Source of the DNA: an uncultured Candidatus Entotheonella sp.
GTDB lineage: Bacteria; Tectomicrobia; Entotheonellia; Entotheonellales; Entotheonellaceae
DNA: 64,000 nucleotides
Reading direction: 5' to 3'
Assembly (NCBI GenBank): GCA_965215335.1
Contig: CBDCDA010000001.1
Coordinates: 1,824,001 to 1,888,000 of the forward strand
This document shows positions 21,379 to 33,100 of this stretch, piece after piece. How positions within the stretch are numbered: the first letter of the stretch is position 1; each line of letters opens with the position of its first letter. The notes beneath the pieces are model-generated. The model searched no databases. It saw only the letters and a program-made list of their open reading frames with translations, and was not told the DNA's origin. The translations under genes were made by a program, and so were the position numbers.

Positions 21379-22434
21379 CTACAGATCCAGCGCGATGGAA
21401 AAGTCCGGGATGCCTTCCCAGCGGCCGGGGTTGGTGGCGCGCATGACGGCGAGGGTCTTGATGACCTCGGGGTTGGCAAGGCCGTGCGGACGTTTGCCGG
21501 TGAGGACGTTGATGACGTTCTCGGCCTGCTTGCGCGGGCATTCGTCGAGGAAGGTGGGAGAGAAGCCGGCGAGGTGGGGCGTGATCACCAGGTTGGGCAC
21601 CTCGAGCAACGGGTTGTCGTGCTCGATGGGCTCGATCTCGGTGACGTCGATGGCGGCGGATTCGATCTGGCCTTCCTGCAGGGCGGCGAGCAGGGCCTTC
21701 TGATCGATCAGCGGCCCGCGCGAACAGTTCACCAGAATGGCGGTAGGCTTCATCTGCGCAAAGAGATCGGCATTGAACAGGTGATAGTTCTGGCTCGTGG
21801 CCGAGCTGTGGATGGAGATGTAATCCGAGATGCGCGCCAGTTCTTCGAGGCTGACGAGCCGAACGCCGTACAGGTCGGCGGACGACTGCGGCACGAACGG
21901 GTCGTAGGCGACGATCTGCGCCGGGCCGAAGCCGCGGACGCGCAGGGCGAAGGCGCGCCCGATGTTGCCGAAGCCGACGATGCCGACGGTGTGCCCGCCG
22001 ATACGGCGCACGGACTGCTGGAACTCGCTGATCAGCGGCGGGTTGTCGCTCCACTGGCCCTGCCGCGTGGCGGTGATGGTTTCGTAGAGCCGGCGCGTCA
22101 TGGCCAGCAGCATGGCGACGGCGTGGTCGGCCACCTCGGCGGTATTGACGCCGGGCACGTTGCAGGCGAGGACGCCCAGCTCGGTGGCCGCCGGCAGGTC
22201 GATGGAATCGACGCCGACACCCATGCGCGACACCACCTTCAGCCTGGTGCAGGCTTCCATCACCTCGCGGCTGGTATCCGGGCGCGTATTGACCAGGGCG
22301 CCGTCGGCGTCGCGCAGCAGGTCGATCATCTCCCCGGTGGTGCGCGCGGTTCCTTCAACGGTTTCGATCTCCGCTTTTTCGAACAGGTCAAAGCGGTTGT
22401 ATTTGTTGGCCATCAAGGCGACTTTCAGGGGCAT
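21379..22434 (-). CDS. D-isomer-specific 2-hydroxyacid dehydrogenase (SerA/CtBP-like)
   Basis: GVGVDSID, EVADHA, GFGNIG, NCSRGPLID, TPHLAG. Confidence 0.92.
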   Translation of the reverse strand: MPLKVALMANKYNRFDLFEKAEIETVEGTARTTGEMIDLLRDADGALVNTRPDTSREVMEACTRLKVVSRMGVGVDSIDLPAATELGVLACNVPGVNTAEVADHAVAMLLAMTRRLYETITATRQGQWSDNPPLISEFQQSVRRIGGHTVGIVGFGNIGRAFALRVRGFGPAQIVAYDPFVPQSSADLYGVRLVSLEELARISDYISIHSSATSQNYHLFNADLFAQMKPTAILVNCSRGPLIDQKALLAALQEGQIESAAIDVTEIEPIEHDNPLLEVPNLVITPHLAGFSPTFLDECPRKQAENVINVLTGKRPHGLANPEVIKTLAVMRATNPGRWEGIPDFSIALDL

Positions 22435-22483
22435 CGCGGTACTCCATGCGCGTGAGACAGCAAAACGATGGTGGCAGTGTCGA

Positions 22484-22894
22484 TTACGCGGACTGGATGA
22501 ACTCGACCCAATTGCCGTCGGGGTCCTCGACCATGGCGATGACGACGCCGGGGCGCACCTCTCTGCGTGGCCAGACGACCTTGTGCCCCGCGGCGGTGAT
22601 GGCGTCCAATACCTCGTCGAGGTTGCCGATCGTCATCGTCCAATAGCGATAGCCGGTGCCGCCGGGGATGCCGTCGGGCGCTGCGGGCCTGCCGGGGTCC
22701 GTCACCGGCACGACGATCTTGATCAGGCTGTTGCCGAACCACAGCCGGTGCATGGTCTTGATGCCGACGTGCTCCATGTGGATGTCGCCCTCGTGCCGGA
22801 AGCCGAGCACGTCCCGGTAAAACGTCAGCATGGCATCGCCCTTGGTGGTGACGATGCCCAGGTCGATCGCGTCTTTCACGACGTTGACGCCCAT
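22484..22894 (-). CDS. VOC / glyoxalase family protein
   Basis: FYRDVLGF ... EDPDGNWVEF. Confidence 0.88.
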   Translation of the reverse strand: MGVNVVKDAIDLGIVTTKGDAMLTFYRDVLGFRHEGDIHMEHVGIKTMHRLWFGNSLIKIVVPVTDPGRPAAPDGIPGGTGYRYWTMTIGNLDEVLDAITAAGHKVVWPRREVRPGVVIAMVEDPDGNWVEFIQSA

Positions 22895-23065
22895 GAATGT
22901 TTCTCCTTTGCTTGGGGAACTGGCTGGTCACGACGGCACACTAAACCACATTTTGGCGGTGGCGTCCACAGCGGTGCCCCGCTCCGCGGGCGGTGGAGAC
23001 GCCAGGCCCGCTGTGTTATCGTGGCCGCAGCACCCACCGCCTACCCGCATCATTAAGGGGACATC

Positions 23066-24772
23066 ATGCAATACGACCTCATCATTCGAAACGGCACCGT
23101 CGTCGACGGTGCCGGCATGCCGCGCTACCGCGCCGACGTGGGCATCGTGCACGGGCAGATCGCCGCCATCGGCAGGATCGATGCCGCCGCCAAGGAGACC
23201 CTGGACGCCGAGGGGCACGTGGTGGCGCCCGGCTTCGTCGACGGGCATACCCACATGGACGCCCAGGTCAATTGGGACCCGCTCGGCACCTGCTCCTGCT
23301 GGCACGGCGTGACCAGCGTGGTGATGGGCAACTGCGGCTTCTCCCTTGCCCCCTGCTCCGAGGCGCACAACGACCTGGTCATGCGCAACCTCGAACGCGC
23401 CGAGGACATCTCGCCGCAAGCCATGGCCGCGGGCATCAAGTGGACGTGGGAAACCTTCCCGGAATACCTCGACACCGTGGACCGGCTGCCCAAGGGCATC
23501 AATTACGCGGCCTACATCGGCCACTCGGCCCTGCGCACCTACGTCATGGGCGAGCGGGCTTTCGACGAGGCGGCCACCCCCGAGGACATCGACCACATGC
23601 AGCGCCACGTGCGCGACGCCATCCGCGCCGGCGCCATGGGCTTCACCACCTCCCGCAGCCACTCGCACCGCACCCCGAACGGGCAGCCGGTAGCCAGCCG
23701 GCTGGCCGCCTGGGACGAGGTGCGATATCTCGTCGGCGCCATGGGCGAGATGGGTGCCGGGGTGTTCGAGATCGCCAACGAGAATCCCAAGACGCCCGAG
23801 GATTTGCAGGAGTACCTGGCACGCCTGCGCGACCTCGCCGTCGATACCGGCGTGCCCATCACCTACGGGCAGTTCGGTCGCCGCAACGGCCCGCAAACGT
23901 GGCGTTCGTTCCTGGCGATGGCGGACGAGACCGCGGAGGCGGGCGGCAGGATGTTCATCCAGGTACACAGCCGGGCGCTCAATCTGGTGCTGTCGTTCGA
24001 GACCCACATGCCGTACGACAAGCTGCCGGTGTGGCGCGACGTACGCCAGCTTTCCCTCAGCGAGCAGGAGGCGGCGCTGCGCGACCCCGACGTGCGCCGC
24101 AGGCTCGTCGCGGCGGCCCACGGGCAGGCGGATGACGGCGGCCACGGCGTCGGCCCCGAGGCGCGGTCGGCGAATTATGACTACCTGTTCGTCATGAACA
24201 GCGGCCTGACGCCGCATCGCTCGGTGGCGGAGGTGGCGCGGGAGCGCAATCAGGACCCGGTGGAGGCGGTGATGGACCTGGCGCTGGAAAAGGGCATGAA
24301 GCAGTGCTTCCTGCAGCCCATCGCCAACGAGAACGAGGCTCACGCCCTCGAAATGATCCGGCACCCGCGCACCGTGGTCACCTTTTCGGACTCCGGCGCC
24401 CACGTGTCGCAGATCATGGACGCCTCGTTGCAAACCCACCTGCTGGGCTACTGGGTGCGGGAGCGCCAGGAACTGACCCTTGAAGAGGCGGTGCGGCAAC
24501 TGACGTTCGTGCCCGCTTCGTACTGGGGCATGCACAATCGCGGCCTGCTGCGCACGGGTTATGCGGCGGACGTGGTGGTGTTCGATCCCGAAACGATCGC
24601 GCCGATGCTGCCGGAGGTGGTGCACGACCTGCCCGCCGGGGCGCGGCGGCTGAAACAGAAATCGGTCGGCATCAAGGCCACGGTGGTGAACGGCGAGGTG
24701 CTGATGCGCGACAACGAGCACACCGGCGCCCTGTCCGGCCAGTTGATCCGCGGCCCCCTGGCGCGGGCGTAA
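23066..24772 (+). CDS. N-acyl-D-amino-acid deacylase family amidohydrolase
   Basis: APGFVDGHTHMD, HGVTSVVMGNCG, SDSGAH, ADVVVFDP. Confidence 0.9.
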   Translation: MQYDLIIRNGTVVDGAGMPRYRADVGIVHGQIAAIGRIDAAAKETLDAEGHVVAPGFVDGHTHMDAQVNWDPLGTCSCWHGVTSVVMGNCGFSLAPCSEAHNDLVMRNLERAEDISPQAMAAGIKWTWETFPEYLDTVDRLPKGINYAAYIGHSALRTYVMGERAFDEAATPEDIDHMQRHVRDAIRAGAMGFTTSRSHSHRTPNGQPVASRLAAWDEVRYLVGAMGEMGAGVFEIANENPKTPEDLQEYLARLRDLAVDTGVPITYGQFGRRNGPQTWRSFLAMADETAEAGGRMFIQVHSRALNLVLSFETHMPYDKLPVWRDVRQLSLSEQEAALRDPDVRRRLVAAAHGQADDGGHGVGPEARSANYDYLFVMNSGLTPHRSVAEVARERNQDPVEAVMDLALEKGMKQCFLQPIANENEAHALEMIRHPRTVVTFSDSGAHVSQIMDASLQTHLLGYWVRERQELTLEEAVRQLTFVPASYWGMHNRGLLRTGYAADVVVFDPETIAPMLPEVVHDLPAGARRLKQKSVGIKATVVNGEVLMRDNEHTGALSGQLIRGPLARA

Positions 24773-24863
24773 TCCTGCCTGTCATCCTGTCCCGTTTGGG
24801 GAAAGTCCTGATCAAGTCCGTCGATTTGGCCCTTCGTGATCGACGGAAGACAAAGGAGCGAGT

Positions 24864-26105
24864 ATGTCGCAACAGACACCGCGGAGCCGCTGGCAATGGC
24901 TGGCGATTGCCGTGCTGGCCGCCGGTCTGCTTTACGTCGGCTGGCAAAGTCAGAGCGATGCGGCACGTACCCGGGACGCCGCGGAGCGTTTGGGGCGACT
25001 GCAAAACCAGTTGCGCACGGCCATTACGGAACAGCAGGAGGTCACGCAACGCCTCGTTCAGGTCGTACAGCAGGTCGACGCCGCGGTGCAGGGTGTCGAG
25101 GAGGCAAAAACCACCCTGGGCACCCTGCAGCAGGGCGTGGAGGAACGTCTGACGGCGTTGCAAAACCAGTTGGAACCCACCATCGCCGGTCGGCAGGCAG
25201 ACGCCCGGCGGTTGGGTCAGCTTGAAGATCAAGTGTTCACGGCCATTACCCGGCAGCAGGCAGCCACCCAGCGCCTGACCGAGCTCGCCGGAGAAGTCGA
25301 CTCCGTCACGCAGGACCTGCGTGAGGCCCGCTCCGAGCTGGATGCGGTACGGGAAGAAATCGCGGCGCTGGCCACTGCCCCGCCACCCGGCGCTGCGGCC
25401 GACGCCGCCGGGCCGCCCCAGACCTGGACGAACAGCCTGGGCATGGCGTTTGTGCTGATCCCGGCTGGCTCGTTTGACATGGGATCGGACAACGGCGACG
25501 CCGACGAGCAGCCCGTGCACCCGGTCATCATCGGCAAGACCTTCTATATCGGTCAGTTCGAGGTGACCCAGGCGCAGTGGCACGCGGTGATGCAGAGCGA
25601 CCCCAGCCGGTTCACCGGCGATCCCGACCGACCGGTCGATAGCGTCTCCTGGAACGATGCGCGGGAATTCATCGCCAAGCTGAACGCCATGGAGCCGGAC
25701 GCGACGTATCGCCTGGCCACCGAGGCCGAGTGGGAACACGCGGCGCGCGCCGGCTCCGCTGCGGCCTACGCCTTCGGCGACGACACGGCCCACCTCGACG
25801 CTCATGCCTGGCATGCCGGCAACGCCGGCAACACCAGCCACCCGGTGGGCCAGAAGCAACCGAACGCGTGGGGTGTGCACGCCATGCACGGCAGCGTCTG
25901 GGAGTGGGTGCAGGATCGTTACGGCCCCTACCCATCGGAAGCCGCCACCGAGTCCCCCGGCCGGCCTCCCGGCGCCCGGCGCGTCCTGCGCGGCGGCAGC
26001 TGGCTCTCCCCCGCCGAGGATTGCCGCGCCGCCTCCCGCAGCCACGCCCACCCCGCCTTCCGCGGCGCCCACGTCGGCTTCCGCCTTGTCCGTACGATCC
26101 CGTAA
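24864..26105 (+). CDS. Membrane-anchored coiled-coil protein with C-terminal FGE-sulfatase (SUMF1-like) domain
   Basis: N-terminal hydrophobic helix, ~150-aa heptad region, then IPAGSFDMGS, EVTQAQW, RLATEAEWEHAARAG, PNAWG, GSVWEW, RGGSW, GFRLV. Confidence 0.9.
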   Translation: MSQQTPRSRWQWLAIAVLAAGLLYVGWQSQSDAARTRDAAERLGRLQNQLRTAITEQQEVTQRLVQVVQQVDAAVQGVEEAKTTLGTLQQGVEERLTALQNQLEPTIAGRQADARRLGQLEDQVFTAITRQQAATQRLTELAGEVDSVTQDLREARSELDAVREEIAALATAPPPGAAADAAGPPQTWTNSLGMAFVLIPAGSFDMGSDNGDADEQPVHPVIIGKTFYIGQFEVTQAQWHAVMQSDPSRFTGDPDRPVDSVSWNDAREFIAKLNAMEPDATYRLATEAEWEHAARAGSAAAYAFGDDTAHLDAHAWHAGNAGNTSHPVGQKQPNAWGVHAMHGSVWEWVQDRYGPYPSEAATESPGRPPGARRVLRGGSWLSPAEDCRAASRSHAHPAFRGAHVGFRLVRTIP

Positions 26106-26226
26106 AGCATTTCCGCGTCGAAGGAACTGATTGCGCCATCTCTCTTCAAGGGCTTCCCGCAGCCGGAGGGCAAGGATCGAGAACAAAGCCGCCCGCGAGG
26201 CGTAACGTCACTTATTCCAGCGGTCC

Positions 26227-29214
26227 TTAGAAACCTTCCAGCTGGGACAGGTCCGCGATGCCGTTGGACAGGCTTGAGATGCCCTGCAGCAGGGCCAGGC
26301 GGTTGTCGCGACGGGCGGGGTTTTCGTCCATGACGAGGACGTCGAGGAAGAAGGTGGTGATGACGGGTTCCAGTTCGCGCAGGGTGGTGATGAAGTGGGT
26401 GACGCTGCCGCTGCCGTCGAGGGCAGCGGCGGCGGACTGGTAGGCGTCGCATAGCGCCTTTTCCGCCGGCAGGCGGAAATCATCAGGACGCAGGGGCAAG
26501 GTCTCGGCGAGCGAACGGGTGATGCGGACGCAGCGGGAATAGGCGGCGAGCAGGGTGGGCCAATCAGCGGCGGCGAGGGCGTCGTTCAACTCGTGGGCGG
26601 CTTGACTGGCGGCGTAAGGGCTGTGGCCCTGGACGGCGAGGACGGCCTTGACGACGGACGCGGGGTAGCCGCGGTCGCGCAGGACGCCTTCGAGGCGGCC
26701 GATGATGAATTGCAAGACCGCCCCTTGGGTAGCACCATCGCGGGAAACCGGCAGCAAGGGCGCGGCGAGGTTCAACAGGCGGCGCAGATCGCACGAGGTG
26801 CGGTTGGCGATCAGGGTTTCGATGACGCCCAGGGCGGCGCGGCGCAGTGCAAAGGGGTCATTGGAGCCGCGCGGGGCCAGGCCGGCGGCGAAGAGCCCGA
26901 GCAGACTGTCGCAGCGGTCGGCGAGAGCGAGGGCAAGCCCCGCCGGAGTGGTGCTGACCGGCTGGTACTGCTCGCCCAAGGCGGCGGTGACGGCGTCGGA
27001 TTCGCCGCTCAAGCGGGCGTAATGGGCGCCCATCGTCCCCTGCAGGGCGGTCATCTCGACCACCATGCTGGTCGCCAGATCGGCCTTGGAGAGGGCCGCA
27101 GCGCGCGCTGCGGCCGCGCTATCGGATTCGCTGAGGCCCAGTAATTCCGCCACTTGCGGCGTGAGGCGTTCGAGACGATGCACCTTGTCGAGCATGGAGC
27201 CGAGGTCAATCTGGAACGTCAGGGTCTGCAACCGGGGGAGAAACGCGCTCAGCGCCTGCCGGGTATCCTTGCCGTAGAAGTATTCCGCGTCGGCAAAGCG
27301 CGCCCGCAGCACGTGCTCGTTTCCGGCGGTCACGGTGCCGAGATGTTCCGCGTCACCGTTGCGCACGCCGATGAAGTGCGGTAGCAGGCTGCCGTCTTCG
27401 GCATAGACCGGGAAATACCGCTGGTGCTTCTTCATGACCGCCACGAGCACTTCGGGCGGCAGCGCCAGGAACCGCGCCTCGAAGCGCCCGCAGAACAGCG
27501 TCGGACGTTCAACGAGATGGGTCACTTCGTCCAGCAGATCCAGGTCCTCGTGCCACACGCCGCCGTGCTGCGCGGCCATTTCGGCGGCAGCGTCACGGAT
27601 CAACGAGCGGCGCGCCTCGGGGTCCGTGATCACGCCATGGGCCTGCATGACGGACGCATAGGTGCCGGCGTCGTCGATGACAATGGACGGCGAGCCGTAG
27701 GGTCGCAGGCCGCGGCTGCGGCACCCGCTGTCAATGCTCGCATAGCTCAACGGCACGTGCTGCGGGCCATGCAGGGCAAGCAGCCAGCGCAGCGGGCGGC
27801 TGTAGGCCAGATTGCTCGCGTTCCAGCGCATGCTGCGGTCGAACGTGATGCCGGCCAGACAGCCGGGCAGCGCCTCGCTGAGAACCTCGACCGCGGCCCG
27901 GCCCGTCTCGCGTACCACCGCGGCAACGGACCGCCGGCCCTGCGTCTCGACGATCTGCAGATCGTCCACCTCGACGCCCCTGCCACGCGCAAACCCCAGG
28001 GCGGCGGCGGTCGGCTGGCCGTCGGCGTCGAAAGCGCGGTCGGCTGGGGGGCCTTTGACGACGGTTTCCAGGTCCGTTTGCCGCGCGGCCAATCCTGAGA
28101 CCATGACCACCAGGCGCCGCGGCGTACCGTGTACCTGCAAGCTGTCGTACCCCAGCCGCAACTGCTCCAGCAGAGCCGGAAACGCGGCTTGCAACTGCTG
28201 TATCGCCGACGCCACGTCTGCCGGCGGCAGCTCCTCGCTGCCGATCTCCAGCACGAAGGGGCTCGCTTTGTCCGTGGGCGCCACCGCCGCGTTCTCGCCT
28301 GCCGGCGGCTCGGCGATAGCCGCCAGGCCGGCAGACGATTTGAGAAGCGGGTGGCCCAGCTGCTCGCGCTGGGCCACGTAGAGCGTCGAAATGTCCCGCG
28401 CCACGTTGCGCATGCGCCGGAAATAGTTCGCTCGCTCGGTCACCCCGATGGCGCCGCGCGTATCCAGTACGTTGAACAGGTGCGAACATTTCAGGTTGTA
28501 GTCGTGCGCCGGCACCGCCAGATTCGCCTCCAGGCAGCGCCTGGCCTCGCGTTCGTAGGTGTCGTACACGGCCTTGAGCGCATCCACGTCGGCGACTTCG
28601 AAGTAGTAATGGCAGTGCTCGATCTCGCTGCGCAGGAGGATGTCTTCGTAGGGGATGTCGGCGCCATAGTGCATCTGCCAGACGCTGGCGGCGCCCTGCA
28701 GGGCCAGCGCGATACGGTCCAGGCCGTAGGTGATCTCCACCGCCACGGGATCGAGCGTCAGGCTACCGGCCTGCTGAAAATAGGTGAATTGGGTGATTTC
28801 CTGGCCGTTGAGCCAGACCTCCCAGCCCAGACCCCAGGCGCCGAGGGCGGGGCTTTCCCAGTTGTCCTCGACGAACCTCACGTCGTGCTGCCGCAGGTCA
28901 ATGCCCAGGGCTTGCAGGCTGGCCAGATAGCGCTCCTGCGGGTCGCCGGGGTCCGGCTGCAGGATGACCTGTAATTGATGGTGCATCTGCAAACGGTTCG
29001 GGTTGTCGCCGAAACGGCCGTCGTCGGGTCGGATGCTGGGTTCGACGTATACCACGTTCCACGGCTCCGGGCCGAGAACGCGCAGAACCGTGGCGGGGTT
29101 CATGGTGCCGGCGCCGATCTGCACGTTATAGGGCTGCTGCACCAGGCATCCCTGGTCTTTCCAGTAGCCAAGCAACCGCAGAATGAGGTCCTGAAAGCTC
29201 GGGGACTGTGTCAT
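26227..29214 (-). CDS. glyQS: Glycine--tRNA ligase, fused alpha and beta subunits
   Basis: Alpha motifs [36 protein letters not shown]; beta motifs [34 protein letters not shown]. Confidence 0.95.
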   Translation of the reverse strand: MTQSPSFQDLILRLLGYWKDQGCLVQQPYNVQIGAGTMNPATVLRVLGPEPWNVVYVEPSIRPDDGRFGDNPNRLQMHHQLQVILQPDPGDPQERYLASLQALGIDLRQHDVRFVEDNWESPALGAWGLGWEVWLNGQEITQFTYFQQAGSLTLDPVAVEITYGLDRIALALQGAASVWQMHYGADIPYEDILLRSEIEHCHYYFEVADVDALKAVYDTYEREARRCLEANLAVPAHDYNLKCSHLFNVLDTRGAIGVTERANYFRRMRNVARDISTLYVAQREQLGHPLLKSSAGLAAIAEPPAGENAAVAPTDKASPFVLEIGSEELPPADVASAIQQLQAAFPALLEQLRLGYDSLQVHGTPRRLVVMVSGLAARQTDLETVVKGPPADRAFDADGQPTAAALGFARGRGVEVDDLQIVETQGRRSVAAVVRETGRAAVEVLSEALPGCLAGITFDRSMRWNASNLAYSRPLRWLLALHGPQHVPLSYASIDSGCRSRGLRPYGSPSIVIDDAGTYASVMQAHGVITDPEARRSLIRDAAAEMAAQHGGVWHEDLDLLDEVTHLVERPTLFCGRFEARFLALPPEVLVAVMKKHQRYFPVYAEDGSLLPHFIGVRNGDAEHLGTVTAGNEHVLRARFADAEYFYGKDTRQALSAFLPRLQTLTFQIDLGSMLDKVHRLERLTPQVAELLGLSESDSAAAARAAALSKADLATSMVVEMTALQGTMGAHYARLSGESDAVTAALGEQYQPVSTTPAGLALALADRCDSLLGLFAAGLAPRGSNDPFALRRAALGVIETLIANRTSCDLRRLLNLAAPLLPVSRDGATQGAVLQFIIGRLEGVLRDRGYPASVVKAVLAVQGHSPYAASQAAHELNDALAAADWPTLLAAYSRCVRITRSLAETLPLRPDDFRLPAEKALCDAYQSAAAALDGSGSVTHFITTLRELEPVITTFFLDVLVMDENPARRDNRLALLQGISSLSNGIADLSQLEGF

Positions 29215-29266
29215 GATTTCCTGATGTGTACGTGACGTATCGTGGCGGGCGGGCTTCTCAAGACCC

Positions 29267-29923
29267 TCACAACCACCGCACCGCGCCCTTGTCGATCAAT
29301 TCGCGCCAGATCTCATCCGGCGTTGTGCTGAACACCGTTTCGGCGTCGGCGGGCAAGACGTGCCAATCGCCGCGCGCCACCTCACGGTCGAGCTGCCCCG
29401 GCGCCCATCCCGCGTAGCCGGCGTAAACGTGCACGGACGCTGCGGAGCCCGCTCTGCCGAACGCGTCGAGGAGCACCCGGCGGCTGGTGCCGACGTAGAT
29501 GTCATCGACGACGCGATCGGTGCCGGGGCGCGGCCTGTCGGAGCGCAGGAGCAGCAGCAGGCGGGTGCGTTCCACCGGCCCACCGAGATATACGGTGTCG
29601 AGGCGCCGCTGCAATCCCCTGATTTCGGGAAACACGGTGGCGAGTTTCACGCCCGTCGGCCGGTTGATGATCACCCCCCGCGCGCCGCGCTCGCCATAGT
29701 TGAGCAACAGGATGACGGTTGCCGCAAAATCGGGGTCTCGGAGCTGCTGGCTGGCGACGAGAAATCTGCCCGTGGACAGGGCCGCCTGGGGCGTCGTCTG
29801 CGGCACGACGACGGACACGGACAAGGACAAGGACAGCAAAAAAAGAACGAACCCCGTGACGGCGAGGGTCCCCGACGCCCTGAAACGGTAGCTCCGGGTG
29901 CAAACAGCAGCGCGACGCGTCAT
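29267..29923 (-). CDS. YqgE/AlgH family protein with N-terminal hydrophobic segment
   Basis: [39 protein letters not shown]. Confidence 0.88.
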   Translation of the reverse strand: MTRRAAVCTRSYRFRASGTLAVTGFVLFLLSLSLSVSVVVPQTTPQAALSTGRFLVASQQLRDPDFAATVILLLNYGERGARGVIINRPTGVKLATVFPEIRGLQRRLDTVYLGGPVERTRLLLLLRSDRPRPGTDRVVDDIYVGTSRRVLLDAFGRAGSAASVHVYAGYAGWAPGQLDREVARGDWHVLPADAETVFSTTPDEIWRELIDKGAVRWL

Positions 29924-30104
29924 AATAAGGTCCTCGGTTCGGGGCAGATCAACCGATTGCGCCGGGCCAACGTAACCGACTTTCTGGTCGTGTTCAAGCC
30001 CCCGAATCGCATCGATCCTGTCCCCCTGCCGAAAGTATAATCCGTGGGAAATAACGCACTTGACGTTTATTGCCAGCACGCTCTGACGATGGAGAGAACC
30101 GCTC

Positions 30105-33100
30105 ATGACGGTCACACTTGACGATAAATATGCCGTGCTTGAAGGCAGCGTTTACCTGACCGGGATTCAGGCGCTGGTGCGGCTTGCCATTGATCAGCAA
30201 CGGCGCGATGCCAGGGCCGGGCTGCGAACCGGTGCGTTCATCACCGGCTACGAGGGCTCACCGCTCGCCGGGTACGACCTGACCCTGGCGCGGGTGGGGC
30301 GCCTGCTCAGCGAGCATCGCATCGTCCACCAGCCGGCGGTGAACGAGGAACTGGCCGCCACCGCGGTGATGGGCAGTCAGAGCGTGCACCTGTTCCCCGG
30401 CCCGCAGGTCGACGGGGTGAACGGCATCTGGTATGGCAAAGGCCCCGGCGTCGACCGCAGCGGCGACGTGTTCAAGCACGCCAACTTCGGCGGCACAGGG
30501 CCTGACAGCGCGGCGCTCGTGCTGGCGGGCGACGATCACAACTGCAAAAGCTCCACGGTGCCGCACCAGAGCGATCACGCCCTGCTCGCGGCCGGCATCC
30601 CCGTCCTCTATCCCGCCACCATTCAGGAATTTCTGCTCTACGGCCTGCACGCTTTCGCCCTGTCGCGCTTCAGCGGCTGCTGGGTAGCCCTGAAGCTGGT
30701 CACCAACCTGTGCGACGGCGGCAGCGTGGTGGACGTGCACCCCGACGCACCCGAAATTGTCATCCCGGACGTGACCATCGACGGCGAACCCTTCCGCAAG
30801 CGCCAGGACACCACCTTCCTGCCCCCCGGCACCATCGAGCTCGAACGCCACCTCTTCGTCGAGCGCCACGCCGCGGTGCGCGCCTACGGGGCCGCCAACG
30901 GCCTGTACGGGGCCGATACGCAGGCGGGCGACGCCCGCCTCGGGCTGATCAGTGCCGGCAAGAGCCAGGCCGACTTGCAACAGGCGTTGCTCGACATGGG
31001 ACTGGATAACGCGACGCTGCAACGGTTGGGCATTCGCGTCCTGAATCTGGGCATGATTTATCCGCTGGCGACTGAGAACATCCGGCGCTTTGCGCGCGGT
31101 CTGGAAGAAATCATCGTCGTCGAGGAAAAGCGAGACTTCCTCGAAAGCCAGGTCCGCGACTGCCTGTACGGCATGACGGCAGCGCCGCGGCTGCTGGGCA
31201 AAACCACCGAGATGGGTCAGCCCTTCCTGCCCGTGCACGGCGAGCTGGACGCCGACATCATCGCCGCGCGCATCGGGCCGCGCCTGCGGCGTCTGGGCGA
31301 GGCGTCGGGCATCGACGCGCGCCTGGCCGTGCTGGAAGCCATCCGCGAGCGCCAGTACGACCCCTTCATGGCGCGCAAGCCGAATTACTGCTCCGGCTGC
31401 CCGCACAGTCGCTCCACCCGCATGCTCGACGGCCAGGTCACCGGCGGCGGCATCGGCTGCCACGGCATGGGTGGGCTGATCGAGCAGGATATGCGCCACA
31501 CCCGCTACCTGACGCAGATGGGCGGCGAGGGCCTGCCGTGGGTCGGCGCAGCGCCGTTCAGCGGCACCCAACACATCTTCCAGAACATTGGCGACGGCAC
31601 GTATTTTCACTCCGGCAGCCAGGCCCTGCGCGCCTGTGTGGCAGCCGGGGTCAATATCACGTTCAAGCTCCTCTACAACGGCGCCGTGGCGATGACGGGC
31701 GGCCAGGACGCGCAGGGCAGCATGAGCATCCCGGCACTCACCCACAGCATGGCGGCGGAGGGGGTGCGAAAGATCATCATCGTCTCCGAACAGCCGCGGC
31801 GCTGGCGCGGCGCGCGCCTCGCCCCGATCGCCACGCTGCGCGGCCGCGAGTCGTTCTTTGCGTCGCTCAAGGATCTGGAGGCCACGCCGGGGGTGACGGT
31901 GCTGATCAACGACCAGCAGTGCGCCGCCGAGAAACGCCGCCAGCGCAAGCGCGGCATTCAGGCGGAACCCAACGTCTTCGCGCTGATCAATGAGGAAGTC
32001 TGCGAGGGTTGCGGCAATTGCGGCGAGGTCAGCAACTGCATGTCGCTGCATCCGGTGGAGACGGAGCTTGGACCCAAGACGCGCATTCACCAGTCATCGT
32101 GCAACAAGGATTACGCGTGCCTGGATGGCGATTGTCCGTCTTTCGTGACGGTGGAAGTCGAGCCCGGCACGGGCCCGAGGCCCAGGCAGGCGCCCGTTCT
32201 CGAAGCGGAGGACCTGCCGGAACCGGCGCTCAAGGCCGTCGTTGGCAAACGGTATGCGATTTACATTCCCGGTGTCGGCGGGACCGGTGTGGTCACGGTG
32301 AACGCCCTGTTGTGCTACGCGGCGCTGATGGAAGGCAAGTCGCTGCTCAATCTGGACCAGACCGGCCTCGCCCAAAAGGGTGGCGCCGTGTTGTCGAACG
32401 TCATCCTCAGCGAGGGCGACGCCGTGGCCTCGAACAAGGTGGGTCTGGGCACGGCGGATCTGTATCTGGTGCTGGACGCCCTGGGCGGCGTCGACCCGGT
32501 CAATCTCGACCGCGCCCACGCCGGGCGCACGGTCGCCGTCGTCAACACCACGGCGAGCCCGACCGGCGAGATGATCCGCAACAACGCGCTGCTCTTTCCC
32601 AGCGAGGCGTCCATCCGGCGCACCATCGATCAGCACAGCGACGCCAGCCGCAACCTGTACGCCGACGCCGGTGCCCTTGCCGAGGGGCTGTTCGGAGACC
32701 ATATGACGACGAATCTGTTCGTGCTCGGCATGGCTTATCAGATCGGCGCGGTGCCGCTCAGGGCTGCAAGCATCGAGAGCGCCATCGCGCTGAACGGCGT
32801 GGCGGTGCAGCAAAATCAGCAAGCCTTCCGCTACGGCCGCCTTTATGTCTGCGAGCCGCAAGCCGTGAGCGAACTGGCGGTCGAGCAGCCGCGCGACGCC
32901 GCCGAGGAGCGGGCGAACATGCTGGATTACTTGCAACGGGAAGGCACGGCGGCTGGCGGCGACGCCTATGAGTGCCTGCTGGAACGCTGTGGGCACCTGG
33001 ACGAAGAAGCACGGCGCCTGCTGGCGCGGCGGGTTGGCGAGCTGATCGACTATCAGGACGTCGCTTACGCGACGTCGTATGTTGACTTCGTTCTGGACGT

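Noticed and set aside
24864..26226. Complete diversity-generating retroelement
   Set aside because: No reverse transcriptase, Avd or template repeat in the window
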